The notes below the pieces were generated by a model. That model was not told the origin of the DNA. It searched no databases and saw nothing but the letters and a program-made list of their open reading frames with translations. The position numbers and the translations under genes were made by a program. From positions 4,736,001 to 4,800,000 of the forward strand of contig OZ242318.1 in assembly GCA_965208105.1 (NCBI GenBank): a DNA stretch of 64,000 nucleotides, given 5' to 3'. How positions within the stretch are numbered: the first letter of the stretch is position 1; each line of letters starts with the position of its first letter. This stretch comes from Candidatus Latescibacterota bacterium. Its GTDB lineage: Bacteria > Latescibacterota > UBA2968 > UBA8231. Shown here one piece after another: positions 40,922-50,824 of the stretch.

Positions 40922-42475
40922 TCAGGGGGATTGGCGCACCTCGCGGCGCAACCCCGACCAGACGCAGAAGGCTAATCCGAGGAGGACAATCGCAAAGGGG
41001 AAGCCGGTGGCGAGGGAGGCGGCCTGCAGCGAGTTCAGACCTCCACCGAGCAGGAGGGCTATTGCGACCAGTCCCTCGATGGTGCACCAGAATACCCGTT
41101 GGGCTACCGGAGCGTCGATTCTGCCGCCCGCGGCTATGGTGTCCAGGATCAGTGATCCCGAATCCGAAGAGGTGACGAAGAACAGGACCGTCAGAAGAAT
41201 GGCGAAGGACGAAAGCAGCGTCCCCATGGGAAGCTCGTCGAACATCTTGAACAGGGCGATCTCCAGGCGCCAGGCCTCGACGTTCTCGGTCACCCCGGTA
41301 TATCCACCGACGATATGCTGGTGCAGTGCGGTGCCGCCGAAGGTGCCGAACCACAGCAGGCCGGCCGCCACCGGCAGGATCAGCACGAAAATCATGAATT
41401 CGCGCACCGTGCGTCCTTTTGAAATGCGGGCAATGAAGGTGCCGACGAATGGGGCCCAGGCGAGCCACCATGCCCAGTAGAAGGTCGTCCAGCCATGCAG
41501 AAAATCGGTGTCCTCCCGCCCTGCCCAGTTGCTGAGAGGGGCGATCTTGGCGAGATAGCTGCCGAGGGCGTCGACCATGCCGGCGAAGATGTAGAGGGTA
41601 GGTCCGAGCGCGATGACTGACCCCAGCAAAAGGAAGCCCAGGATCATGTTCCACTGGCTGAGCCGCTTGATACCGGAATCCAGACCTGCCAGCACCGATG
41701 CCAGGGCAACGGCGGTTATCCCAACGATCAGGACCACCATGGTGGTGCCGGTCGCTGGAACACCGAACAGGTAGTTCAGGCCCGAGGTCAGCTGCTTGAC
41801 CCCCAGCCCCAGGGAGGTGGCGAGCCCGAACAGGCCGGCGAAGATCGCGAAGGTATCGATTACGTGCCCGGGCCAGCCCCAGATGCGGTCGCCGAACAGG
41901 GGATAAAACCCGGAGCGAATGGTGAAGGGAAGTCCCCGGTTGTAGGCGAAGTACCCGAGCGCCAGTCCGACGAGCCCGTATATGCCCCAGCCGTGAAGCC
42001 CCCAGTGGAAGACCGTGGCCGCGATGCCGAGGGCTGCCGCCTCCCCGGTTCCGGCGGTAATTCCCAGCGGCGGGTGCATATAGTAGTAGACCGGTTCCGC
42101 AACCCCGTAGAACAGCAGGCCTATTCCCACCCCCGCCGCAAAGAGCATGGAAAACCAGGTGATGTAGGAGTACTCCGGTTCTGCTTCCCTCCCGCCCAGC
42201 CGCACCCTGCCCAGAGGAGAGATGGCCACGTACAGGCAAAAGAGAAGGATGAGGTTGGTGGTGGTCATGAAGAACCAGTCCAACCTGGTGGTGAGCCACT
42301 CGCGGGTGTTTCCGAAAACTTCCGTCGCCGCTTCCCTGAACAGCAGCGTCCCGATGAGGAAGGCGACAATGATGATTGCGGAAATCACGAACACCGGAGT
42401 CAGATGGATATCCATTCCAAAAAGCTTCCGGTACTCCCGGTGGATCGGCAGATTTGCGGTTTCTATTCCGGGCAT
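40922..42475 (-). CDS. BCCT (betaine/carnitine/choline) family transporter
   Basis: WFSMLFAAGVGIGLLFYGVAEP, FHWGLHGW, WTTFYWAWWLAWAPFVGTFIARISKGRT, TSSDS. Confidence 0.95.
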   Translation of the reverse strand: MPGIETANLPIHREYRKLFGMDIHLTPVFVISAIIIVAFLIGTLLFREAATEVFGNTREWLTTRLDWFFMTTTNLILLFCLYVAISPLGRVRLGGREAEPEYSYITWFSMLFAAGVGIGLLFYGVAEPVYYYMHPPLGITAGTGEAAALGIAATVFHWGLHGWGIYGLVGLALGYFAYNRGLPFTIRSGFYPLFGDRIWGWPGHVIDTFAIFAGLFGLATSLGLGVKQLTSGLNYLFGVPATGTTMVVLIVGITAVALASVLAGLDSGIKRLSQWNMILGFLLLGSVIALGPTLYIFAGMVDALGSYLAKIAPLSNWAGREDTDFLHGWTTFYWAWWLAWAPFVGTFIARISKGRTVREFMIFVLILPVAAGLLWFGTFGGTALHQHIVGGYTGVTENVEAWRLEIALFKMFDELPMGTLLSSFAILLTVLFFVTSSDSGSLILDTIAAGGRIDAPVAQRVFWCTIEGLVAIALLLGGGLNSLQAASLATGFPFAIVLLGLAFCVWSGLRREVRQSP

Positions 42476-42964
42476 GAATCAGAGTGTGCTGAGAAGGCTT
42501 GTTTGCGTTTTTCGGTTAATTTGCCCCCGAACAGTAGTGGAAAGGGCAAGCATGAATGAACGGACCTGGAGGAATATGCGGCAAACCGCCGAACGCCGGA
42601 AAATGCCGTCCGAAGGCGGAGCATCCCCTGCAGGTCTGACCGGAAAAGGCCCGTTCATTCACCGGGGGGCAGGCGCTGCCCCAGGTTGGAATCCCTGGAG
42701 AGGAATGGGCAGATCCGACGGTCCCAGTCCCTCCTTTCCATGTCCCCCGTGTGGACAGGTAGGTCGGGCGGCTGATCAGGGCGCAGTCAGCCTGGTGGTG
42801 GCCGCCGGAATCGCGCCATTCTCACCGCGGCCATCTCCGTTGAGCCCCACATCGCATTTCCTGCGGGAACGTCTACAACGGTAGTACGCCGGCTTCAGGT
42901 GGCCCTTTGGTCAGGCGGTGCAGGCCGGTCCGCCCGGGCGGGACTGGTCCATTTGCCCTGGGCT

Positions 42965-45900
42965 CTACAGACCAATTTGCCAGGAAACCGCGAGCTTCAC
43001 CCTGCGCCCCTTGGGATCGTGGGTGAAGCCGTCGTAGGCCTGTTCGATGTTGACCAGAGGAGGCCTGGTGTCGAGCAGGTTCATTCCCGAGAGCACCATG
43101 TTGACGCCCCTGGGCAGGGTGTATAGAAAGCTTATGTCCCAGGTGACGTAGCGGTCGATGGTACCGAACAGGTCTTTGACGGCGGCATTGTCGGAGGCCA
43201 TCGAACCCCGGTCCTCGTAGGAGTGAATGTAGTTCAGGTAGCTCACGAGGCCATAGGACTGCCAGTGATAGCCTGCCGATGCCCGCCCCTTCAACTTGGG
43301 CAGGGAAGTCGCGATCGGATTGCCGAAGTTCAGGTAGCCGGCAGCGTCCGCGGCTTCCTGCAGCACCAGATCGCCCAGCATCAGGGCCTTGGTCTCGTAC
43401 TGGCGGATATAGCTGCCGTCCAGACTGGCCGAGAACTGCCCCGCGCCCGCGGGCATCCGCGAGCCCAGATGCATGTCGAATCCCGAAGTCCTCACCCCAG
43501 GCCAGTTGACGATATCCACCTGCACCCGCTCGAGCTCGGAGGCCGCGCAGGTGCCCGTGCCTACCCCATCCGGGCAGACGATGAACCGCTTCAGGGCATC
43601 CTTGTTGGCTTCATCGGCATACAAGGCGGTTATGGCCCCGTGCGGCATCGCACCGATTACATCGCTGAAATCGTAGCTCCAGTAGTCGAATGTAGCGTCA
43701 TAGCCCGCCTCGGTGACCACGACGATACCCGCGTTATAGGTAAATGCCCGTTCGGGTTTGAGGTCCTTGCTCCCGATCCGGTCCACCGTTTGATAAGCGC
43801 CCGTTTCATTGATCCACTCGAGGGTCGAGAGCGGGCTTTCGTTCACGTCGTCCAGCGACGGGGTGCGAAAGGTCGTCTGCAGCGAGCCGCGCAGAAACAC
43901 GGATTGGGTGGAGGATTCCACCAGCTGGTAGCGAAATCCGATCTTGGGGTCGAAACTGCTCGCCACATCGTGGAACTCGTAGTTGGCCGCGAGTTGGGTG
44001 TCGAAGCGCGAACCCAGGCTGAGGGGCACCTCGGCAAAGATGCGATGCACCGTCTGCGACTCATCGTAGGGCCGATTCACATTGGTGAAGGCATAGGGAC
44101 CGAACCTGTCCTCGGCTGAGCAGCTCTTGTCGCCGACGACCGGACAGGGGTTGATGGTGACGTCGCCTGGGTCGTTGGGATCGCCGCTGGCATTGAGGAG
44201 GCGGAGCTGATAGCCGGCGGCGTAACTGGCCACGTTCTCGATCCAGGTTCCGCTCAGGGTCGCATCGGCGACCAGCATGTCCGCCGTGCTCTGCAAATCG
44301 ACTTCCTGGTTCAGCCATTGCCGCAACTCCTCGCTGTTCCTGAGATCGCGCCGGTAACCGGGGTTCGGCCGGTTCTCGTAATCCGAGCCGTACTGATCGG
44401 TGAACTCGATGGCATTGCTGAAGGGGTTGTAGTACTGGCAGCCGCCCTGTCCGGCCACCTGGCCGTTGAGCGGGCCAAGCCGCATCCCGGCCAGGGATCC
44501 GGGGTCCGCCTCCACGCCGACGCCGCAATCGGGTCCGCCGAACCCGCGGAAGCCGAGGAAGAGCCGCTCGATGTACACCCCCGGCAGGTTGTAGTTGCCC
44601 TCGGTGCGGGAGTACGAGAGGCCCAGGTCGAATTGGGTCTCCCGGCCGCCGAATGACTTGAAGTCGCCATTCGCGGAGGCCGCCAGGCGCAAGGTCCTGG
44701 AATCGCGGCCCAGGGTGCGCCCGGGCCCCGAGTTGCCGAAGGGGCGGCCGTTGAAGTACCAGTTATCCTCGGCCTGGCACTCGTCATAGTAGAGGTCCCC
44801 ATCCTGGGCGCCGTAGTCCTCGCAGAAGGCCTGCCGGCCCGGGTGGCCGGGCGCGACCTCCTGGATGCTCGTGTCCGTCAGGGGAAAGGGTGGGTACGAG
44901 GGCGTGGTGTACCAGCTGGGGATTTCGGCCGCTGCCCACAGGCCCTCGAAGTGATACTCCGTGCCATTGCCGAGGGCACCGTTGATCTCGGCGAAACCAC
45001 GGGTATGGCTCATCTCCTCGATCAGGTTCTCGTACTGCTGGTAGCGGAAGCGGCAGGTCCAGGACTCCCGGAAGCCTCCGAACTCCGAGCAACGCGGGGC
45101 GTGGATGGCAGCGGTCCAGGGCGCCGGGGCGCCGACGGCAAAGGTGCCCGGGTTGCCGATGCTCGACCAGCCGAGGCGCTGCCCCCCGCCGTGCCACGGC
45201 TGCAGCAGGTAGTCCCTTTCGGTTGCCGGCAAGGCCCGGCGCCCGCGCCATTCGCCGGCCACGACCGCGTGGGCCCCGCCGAGCTTGCCGCCCCAAATGG
45301 CGCCGACGTCGGTGTCCCCTGCGCCGGCGATGTACTCGTGATTGGCGGAGACTTCAAATCCCGTGAAGTCGGAGCGGGTCAGGAAGTTGGCGACCCCGGC
45401 GACGGCGTCCGATCCATAGATGGCCGCGGCCCCTTCCTTGAGGACCTCGACCCGGTCGAGGGCGATGGAAGGGATGGCGTTCACATCGACGAAGCGGCCG
45501 CCGATCAGGCGCGCCGGGACATAGGTCTGGCGGCGGCTGTTGATCAACACCAGGGTCCGCGAGGCCCCCAGACCACGCAGGTTCACGTTGGCTATGCTCT
45601 CGGAAAGGGTGGCGGCCTGATTGGCGTTGTACCAACTGCTGCGCTCGCCGATCACCCCGTGGCTGGCACTCAGGTTCTTGAAGAAATCCACCGCCTGCGG
45701 CGACCCTTGCTCGGCCAACTCGTCGCGCCCGGTCACGGCGACTGCGTAGGTCGAGCTGATGTGGGAGTCCTTGATGGCGGTCCCGGTCACAGCGGTCTCA
45801 TCGAGGAGGATGGCCGAGGGTTTCATGCGCAACTCGACCACCGCCGTCTGCCCGGCCTGCACCACGACCGTCGCGGTCGCGCGCAGGTAGCCGATCAAGT

Positions 45901-46138
45901 CTGCCCTCACCTCGTGACCTCCTGCCGGCACCCCTACCATGGTGAAGCGGCCATTCTCGCCCGACAAGCCGCCAATGTCCATTCCCGGGATGTAGACCAG
46001 GGCCGATTCGAGCCCCTTCTCGTTGGAGTCGTCGACTATGGTGACCTCGATGGTTCCGGATGCCTGGGCATGCGCCGTGGCGGACATCAGCAAGGCCGCG
46101 CCTGCCGCAATCGAAATCCACCTTTTGCAGAGTCTCAT
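42965..46138 (-). CDS. TonB-dependent outer-membrane receptor with N-terminal carboxypeptidase-regulatory-like domain
   Basis: Signal peptide (..ATAHA), GGAGGT RBS, plug motifs NLRGLGASRTLVLIN and RVEVLKEGAAAIYGSDAVAGVAN, LKPE, NLLD. Confidence 0.92.
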   Translation of the reverse strand: MRLCKRWISIAAGAALLMSATAHAQASGTIEVTIVDDSNEKGLESALVYIPGMDIGGLSGENGRFTMVGVPAGGHEVRADLIGYLRATATVVVQAGQTAVVELRMKPSAILLDETAVTGTAIKDSHISSTYAVAVTGRDELAEQGSPQAVDFFKNLSASHGVIGERSSWYNANQAATLSESIANVNLRGLGASRTLVLINSRRQTYVPARLIGGRFVDVNAIPSIALDRVEVLKEGAAAIYGSDAVAGVANFLTRSDFTGFEVSANHEYIAGAGDTDVGAIWGGKLGGAHAVVAGEWRGRRALPATERDYLLQPWHGGGQRLGWSSIGNPGTFAVGAPAPWTAAIHAPRCSEFGGFRESWTCRFRYQQYENLIEEMSHTRGFAEINGALGNGTEYHFEGLWAAAEIPSWYTTPSYPPFPLTDTSIQEVAPGHPGRQAFCEDYGAQDGDLYYDECQAEDNWYFNGRPFGNSGPGRTLGRDSRTLRLAASANGDFKSFGGRETQFDLGLSYSRTEGNYNLPGVYIERLFLGFRGFGGPDCGVGVEADPGSLAGMRLGPLNGQVAGQGGCQYYNPFSNAIEFTDQYGSDYENRPNPGYRRDLRNSEELRQWLNQEVDLQSTADMLVADATLSGTWIENVASYAAGYQLRLLNASGDPNDPGDVTINPCPVVGDKSCSAEDRFGPYAFTNVNRPYDESQTVHRIFAEVPLSLGSRFDTQLAANYEFHDVASSFDPKIGFRYQLVESSTQSVFLRGSLQTTFRTPSLDDVNESPLSTLEWINETGAYQTVDRIGSKDLKPERAFTYNAGIVVVTEAGYDATFDYWSYDFSDVIGAMPHGAITALYADEANKDALKRFIVCPDGVGTGTCAASELERVQVDIVNWPGVRTSGFDMHLGSRMPAGAGQFSASLDGSYIRQYETKALMLGDLVLQEAADAAGYLNFGNPIATSLPKLKGRASAGYHWQSYGLVSYLNYIHSYEDRGSMASDNAAVKDLFGTIDRYVTWDISFLYTLPRGVNMVLSGMNLLDTRPPLVNIEQAYDGFTHDPKGRRVKLAVSWQIGL

Positions 46139-46285
46139 ATATACCTCCATATGGTTCTGGTTCAGGGTTTCGGGGAACTGACGGACCCCGAGGTCCCATT
46201 TTTGGGAGGGTCCGAACAGCTTCCCTGCACAATCGCTCGATGTGCAGTGTTGCATTTTCCTAGCCTGATTCGGGCGAGCATGTCT

Positions 46286-47044
46286 TTATTCGACAATGGC
46301 CTCTCGCAGCGAGAGAATCTGACCCTCGCTCATCCCGATGTTGCGGGCGTAGCCCACCACGCCGCAATAGCGCTCTTCGAGGGTGCGAAGGACGGCGAGC
46401 ATGGTATCGGGACGGCAATGCCGGTCCTGGTGGTCCTCCAGTGTGTAGGTGGCGGGGCTGAGCTCGGGATGGTTCGCCAGGTGCTGCGCGTAGGTGAGGC
46501 GGGCAGTCAGGGCGAAGTCGGCGGCTATGGTCTCCTCCGGTACACCGGCGATGCCGAGGACGAGGGCGATGATGAGCCCGGTCCTTTCGGTGCCTCCGGC
46601 GCAGTGGACCAGGGCGGGAAGAGTGCCGCGCTGTCCCAGAAGGCAGAGGGTGTCGTGAATATGGGACTTGCGCCGGTCCAGGACCACGGAGTAGGACCAT
46701 CGCATGTGCTCGACATAGTCCAGTGAGGGGGGAATACTCTCGCGTTCCCTGATCAGGGTGTCTCCCACCATATTCTGGTGGAAGTACTGAAGGGCGTTCG
46801 AGCAGAGGAAGACGTTGCGCTTTTCCTGCATCTCCGCGCTCTTTCTGAGGTCGAGGACCGAGCGCAGGCCATAGTCCAGGAGGACCTGCTGGGAATCGGG
46901 GGAAAGGTTGTGCAGGGAGTCCGAGCGCAGCAGCCTTCCCCAGCGGGTCTGCCTTCCGTCGCTGGTGGCATATCCCCCGATGTCCCTGGTATTGCAGGTG
47001 CCTTCGAGTTCGAGGTGCCGTCTCGGGTCCAGGTCGCTGGTCAT
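46286..47044 (-). CDS. Tyrosine-protein phosphatase family (Y_phosphatase3/IphP-like)
   Basis: NTRDIGGY, LLRSD, LDLR, HCAGGTERTG (CX5R). Confidence 0.85.
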   Translation of the reverse strand: MTSDLDPRRHLELEGTCNTRDIGGYATSDGRQTRWGRLLRSDSLHNLSPDSQQVLLDYGLRSVLDLRKSAEMQEKRNVFLCSNALQYFHQNMVGDTLIRERESIPPSLDYVEHMRWSYSVVLDRRKSHIHDTLCLLGQRGTLPALVHCAGGTERTGLIIALVLGIAGVPEETIAADFALTARLTYAQHLANHPELSPATYTLEDHQDRHCRPDTMLAVLRTLEERYCGVVGYARNIGMSEGQILSLREAIVE

Positions 47045-47079
47045 GATTGTCTCTCCTTCAACATCCGTGATCTCCTATT

Positions 47080-47943
47080 TTATCGGACCGGCTCGGGATG
47101 GCGCCGGGGGAAAAATGAGTTCCCGGGGTGATCCCGCTCACCGGGATTGACGCGGTTGTCCTGACAGTAGACAGGCCGGACCAGGGTCCGGCGCTTGGGC
47201 GCAAGGGCCTGGAGTACTTCCTCGGGGGGCTCCCAGACATGCCACTTGCTGCCCACCGTGTTGTAGCAGTTGAAGACGGCGCAGCGCTCCCGCTCTTTGC
47301 TCTTCCAGACGACGCCGGTATGGGTGATGGCCTCGGTGAAGAAAAGAACGGAGCCCGCCGGGCACTCATAGGTTTCCCAGAGTGGATGGTCCTCATGATC
47401 GGTTACCGGGGGACGGTCAAAGGCCGCTTTATGGCTGCCCGACAAAAAGCGGGTGCCGCCATCCCCTTTCAGGATGGGATTGAGTTCCCAGACCACCCGG
47501 GTGAGGCCGCTGTTGGCCCTGCCGGGCCTGAGGTGGTAGGTGTGGTGATTGCCGGGAAAGTTGAGCAGCCCGCTGCCGCCGTGAGGTCGAAAGGTCTTGT
47601 TGCCTGGACCCCAGGGCCTGATGGTCAGGTTGGACCCATCGAGGCGGAAGCCGTAGCCATCCTCCGAGGCCAGCGGTTCGTGGGCAACGAACTCGTTCAT
47701 GAAGCCGATGACCACGGGATGGTCCATCAGCCTTTGCAGGGGTCCGCCTATGGAGGAGCGGGCGCTGACCGGAATCGAATCCGGGTCCCTGGCAAGCTGG
47801 TAGGAGAAATCGCGCATTTCGGCGATGTCACCGGCTCCAAGGACGGCTGGAATACAGAGCCAGCCCCGGGTGTCGAAGACATAGCGCTGCTCTGCGCTCA
47901 ACTCGATGGCGGGAAGTCCGTCGGCATTGGTGGATGCAGACAT
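47080..47943 (-). CDS. PhyH family Fe(II)/2OG enzyme, HxG-motif variant
   Basis: YVFDTRGWL, PHGG, GDGGTRFLSGSHK, AGSVLFFTEAITH; GAAAGGA RBS. Confidence 0.8.
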   Translation of the reverse strand: MSASTNADGLPAIELSAEQRYVFDTRGWLCIPAVLGAGDIAEMRDFSYQLARDPDSIPVSARSSIGGPLQRLMDHPVVIGFMNEFVAHEPLASEDGYGFRLDGSNLTIRPWGPGNKTFRPHGGSGLLNFPGNHHTYHLRPGRANSGLTRVVWELNPILKGDGGTRFLSGSHKAAFDRPPVTDHEDHPLWETYECPAGSVLFFTEAITHTGVVWKSKERERCAVFNCYNTVGSKWHVWEPPEEVLQALAPKRRTLVRPVYCQDNRVNPGERDHPGNSFFPRRHPEPVR

Positions 47944-48095
47944 GTCCTTTCTTTCATGACCTGGCATGGAAGATGCTGTCGTGCTGGCTATTGCCGCGGG
48001 GCAGCCCTTGACAAGCGCGGGTTGAGCCGGCCTTCTATCACCAGGGAGGCTGCCCGCCGGTAAGGGGGAGTTTTGGGGTCGGCTGTCGGGGCGGT

Positions 48096-48926
48096 CTAGC
48101 CGTGAAGCTCGAGATGTTTTCGCACCACTTCCTTCAGATCGCCCTTGAGGCCCTTTTCCGTAATGCTCATAAGGTCGATGGTTTCCGGGTCCAGTTCGAT
48201 GTTGGCGTCGCGCGCTCTCTGGATGTCTGTGTCCGGGCCCGGGCTGTACACGTCCTGGGGACCGAAGGTGTAGAACATCATTCTCCGGTCCCGGTCCGTC
48301 GGCCGCCATTTGTGCGCGCCGTGTACCAGCCGCAGGGGCATGATGATGACATCCCCGGCGTTGACGGTCACGGTGACGGCTCCATGCATATCCAGGGGGT
48401 AGGGATTCTCCTTGGGATAGTAGAACTCGGATTTGTGCGATCCGGGAATCACCACCAGTCCGCCGTCCCCGGGACGCACATCGGTCAAATAGAGAAAAGC
48501 GGTGAACAGATCGCAGTAGATCGACTTGGTTCCGTAGTTGGCAAAGAACCCGGGGGCGTCTTCGGGCCTGTATCGATCGATCTCTTTCTGGCAGTGGAAT
48601 CCGTGGTCGGTGTGGTGCGCGCAGTTGAGCATCAGCTGGCCGCCGCGGAGGCGGGGCAAGTTGTTGAGCAGGGCACAGGCGTAACCAAGGATTTTTCGAC
48701 TGCGGGGCAGCCTCTCCAGGGTCTTGTCGAAGATGAAGGCCCCGGAGTACTTTGCCCCGTAGTGGGCGTCCTGGTAGAGCTCGGGGTGATCCCTGACCAC
48801 TCGCTCCGAGGCTTCGAATGCTTCCTTGACGGTCTCCTCGTCTATTGCCTGTTCGATCTTGAGGTATCCGAAAGTGTCGAAGAAATAAAGTTCCTCATCG
48901 GTCATTATCTTGTCGTCGTCCGCCAT
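48096..48926 (-). CDS. PhyH family Fe(II)/2OG enzyme, non-canonical metal motif
   Basis: YFFDTFGYL, FHCQ, YLTDV.PGDGGLVVIPGSHK, AGDVII..LVHG, DRR. Confidence 0.82.
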   Translation of the reverse strand: MADDDKIMTDEELYFFDTFGYLKIEQAIDEETVKEAFEASERVVRDHPELYQDAHYGAKYSGAFIFDKTLERLPRSRKILGYACALLNNLPRLRGGQLMLNCAHHTDHGFHCQKEIDRYRPEDAPGFFANYGTKSIYCDLFTAFLYLTDVRPGDGGLVVIPGSHKSEFYYPKENPYPLDMHGAVTVTVNAGDVIIMPLRLVHGAHKWRPTDRDRRMMFYTFGPQDVYSPGPDTDIQRARDANIELDPETIDLMSITEKGLKGDLKEVVRKHLELHG

Positions 48927-49056
48927 GATTCAGGCAACCTCTCGGATTTGTTGGTGAGCTTTGTTGGTGAGCGAGGAAAGTAACAGAATCTGAGAGAATA
49001 TAATCCAAGGTATGGAATTATCAAGGTTTATCGCATTCATCGCTTAATGGGTCCTG

Positions 49057-49086
49057 TTGACACGGCGCTTTGAAGATGGTTACCTT
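49057..49086 (+). promoter_or_regulatory. Putative sigma70 promoter of the topoisomerase VI operon
   Basis: TTGACA-18 nt-TACCTT in an AT-rich divergent intergenic region. Confidence 0.45.
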
Positions 49087-49198
49087 ATTTCATCCTCGGG
49101 CGTCCTGCCCACCTGTCCCTCTCCCCTGATAGTGCAGTGGGCCCGGCCCATCCAGGCCGCGGCGACGTCGACAATCGGCTCCTCCCCTGGAATTTCAA

Positions 49199-50824
49199 AT
49201 GACTGAAATCACCTCATCTGAACCCCCCGCAGCGCGAGGAGGTCCCGGAAAGCCGCGGCGGAGGGCTTCGGCGAACGGCCGGGAGACCGCCCAGTCCATG
49301 GCCGCCCGCCAGCGCGAGATCTCGGTCTCCGAATTCTTCAGCCGCAACCGCCACCTGCTCGGCTTCGACAACCCGCGAAGGGCGTTGCTCACCGGGGTAA
49401 AGGAAGCCGTGGACAACAGCCTCGACGCCTGCGAGGAGGCGGGAATCCTCCCCAGAATCCAGGTAGGCATCAGGCAGTTTGGCGAAGATCGCTACGTCAT
49501 GCGGGTGGAGGACAATGGCCCCGGCATCGTCAAGAGCCAGATCCCCAACATATTCGGCAAACTGCTCTACGGATCCAAGTTCCATCGCCTCAAGATGTCG
49601 CGCGGCCAGCAGGGCATGGGCATCTCGGCGGCCAGCATGTACGGGCAGTTGACTACCGGCAAGCCAACCCGGATCGTCTCGCGGACCGGACCGCGGAGCC
49701 CTGCCCACCAGTACGAGATTCAGATCAACACCACCAGGAACAAGCCCGAAATCGTCCGGGAAGAGGACGTTGAATGGGACTCCCCCCGGGGAACGGTGGT
49801 GGAGATCGAGATGGAGGCGCGCTATTTGCGCGGACGCCAATCCGTCGACGAGTACCTGCGCCAGACGGCGCTGGCCAATCCTCACCTGCACCTGACCTAC
49901 GCCGCACCGGACGGCCGCAGGACATCCTACGAAAACTCGGCCAGCGCATTGCCGCCGGAACCTGCGGAGGTCAGGCCCCATCCGCACGGCATCGAATTGG
50001 GAGTGCTGATGAAGATGCTGCAGTCCACGCCCCATCGCAGCTTGCAGGGATTCCTGACCAGGGAGTTTTGCCGCGTCTCGGTGCGGGCGGCCAAGGAAAT
50101 CTGCCAGCGCTCCGACCTCGCCCCCGACTCCCGGCCCAGACGCATCGCCCGGGGGGAGAGCGACCGGCTATTCAAGGTCATAAACGCCACCAGGCTGATG
50201 AAGCCTCCCACCGACTGCATCGTGCCTATCGGAGCCGATCTGCTTCAGAACAGCCTGCAACAGAGCGTCCAGGCGGCGTTCTACACGTCGGGGACCCGGC
50301 CGCCCGGGGTCTACCGCGGGAATCCGTTTCAGGTCGAGGTGGCCATGGCCTTCGGCGGCGATATCGATCCGGAAGGGAACGTGGGACTTATGCGCTTCGC
50401 CAACCGCGTGCCTCTGCTCTACCAGCAGTCCGCCTGTGCCATTGCGAGAACAATGATCGGGGTGGAATGGCGCAACTACCGGATCAGCCAGAGCTCGGGA
50501 GCCATGCCCACCGGGCCGCTCCTCGTCGCGGTGCACGTGGCTTCGGTGTGGGTGCCCTTCACCTCGGAGAGCAAAGAGGCCATCGCCCACTACCCCGAGA
50601 TCATGAGGGAGATCCGCCTGGGATTGCAGGAATGCGGCCGGCGGGTGGGAGAGCACATCGGCCGCGAGCGGCGGGCGGCCGACGCCGCCCGCAGGAAGTC
50701 CTACATAGGGCAGTACATGGGCCACATCGCCCAGGCTCTGCAGGACATCACGGGAGACGGTGCAGATAAAAGAAACCAGATCGAGGAAAATCTTCAGTCC
50801 ATGCTTGAGAGGAGCCGCTCGTGA
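49199..50824 (+). CDS. top6B: DNA topoisomerase VI subunit B
   Basis: [21 protein letters not shown] motifs [32 protein letters not shown]; [10 protein letters not shown]; [11 protein letters not shown]. Confidence 0.93.
   Translation: MTEITSSEPPAARGGPGKPRRRASANGRETAQSMAARQREISVSEFFSRNRHLLGFDNPRRALLTGVKEAVDNSLDACEEAGILPRIQVGIRQFGEDRYVMRVEDNGPGIVKSQIPNIFGKLLYGSKFHRLKMSRGQQGMGISAASMYGQLTTGKPTRIVSRTGPRSPAHQYEIQINTTRNKPEIVREEDVEWDSPRGTVVEIEMEARYLRGRQSVDEYLRQTALANPHLHLTYAAPDGRRTSYENSASALPPEPAEVRPHPHGIELGVLMKMLQSTPHRSLQGFLTREFCRVSVRAAKEICQRSDLAPDSRPRRIARGESDRLFKVINATRLMKPPTDCIVPIGADLLQNSLQQSVQAAFYTSGTRPPGVYRGNPFQVEVAMAFGGDIDPEGNVGLMRFANRVPLLYQQSACAIARTMIGVEWRNYRISQSSGAMPTGPLLVAVHVASVWVPFTSESKEAIAHYPEIMREIRLGLQECGRRVGEHIGRERRAADAARRKSYIGQYMGHIAQALQDITGDGADKRNQIEENLQSMLERSRS

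Noticed and set aside
44843-46726. 627-aa plus-strand ORF opposite the TonB receptor and phosphatase
   Set aside because: Antisense shadow in GC-rich coding DNA.
48008-48041. TTGACA..TATCAC promoter-like pair between the PhyH genes
   Set aside because: Spacing of about 22 nt, and it points antisense to the flanking genes.
47080-48309. 409-aa extended PhyH ORF
   Set aside because: The extension overlaps the upstream PhyH; the RBS-supported start is 47943.
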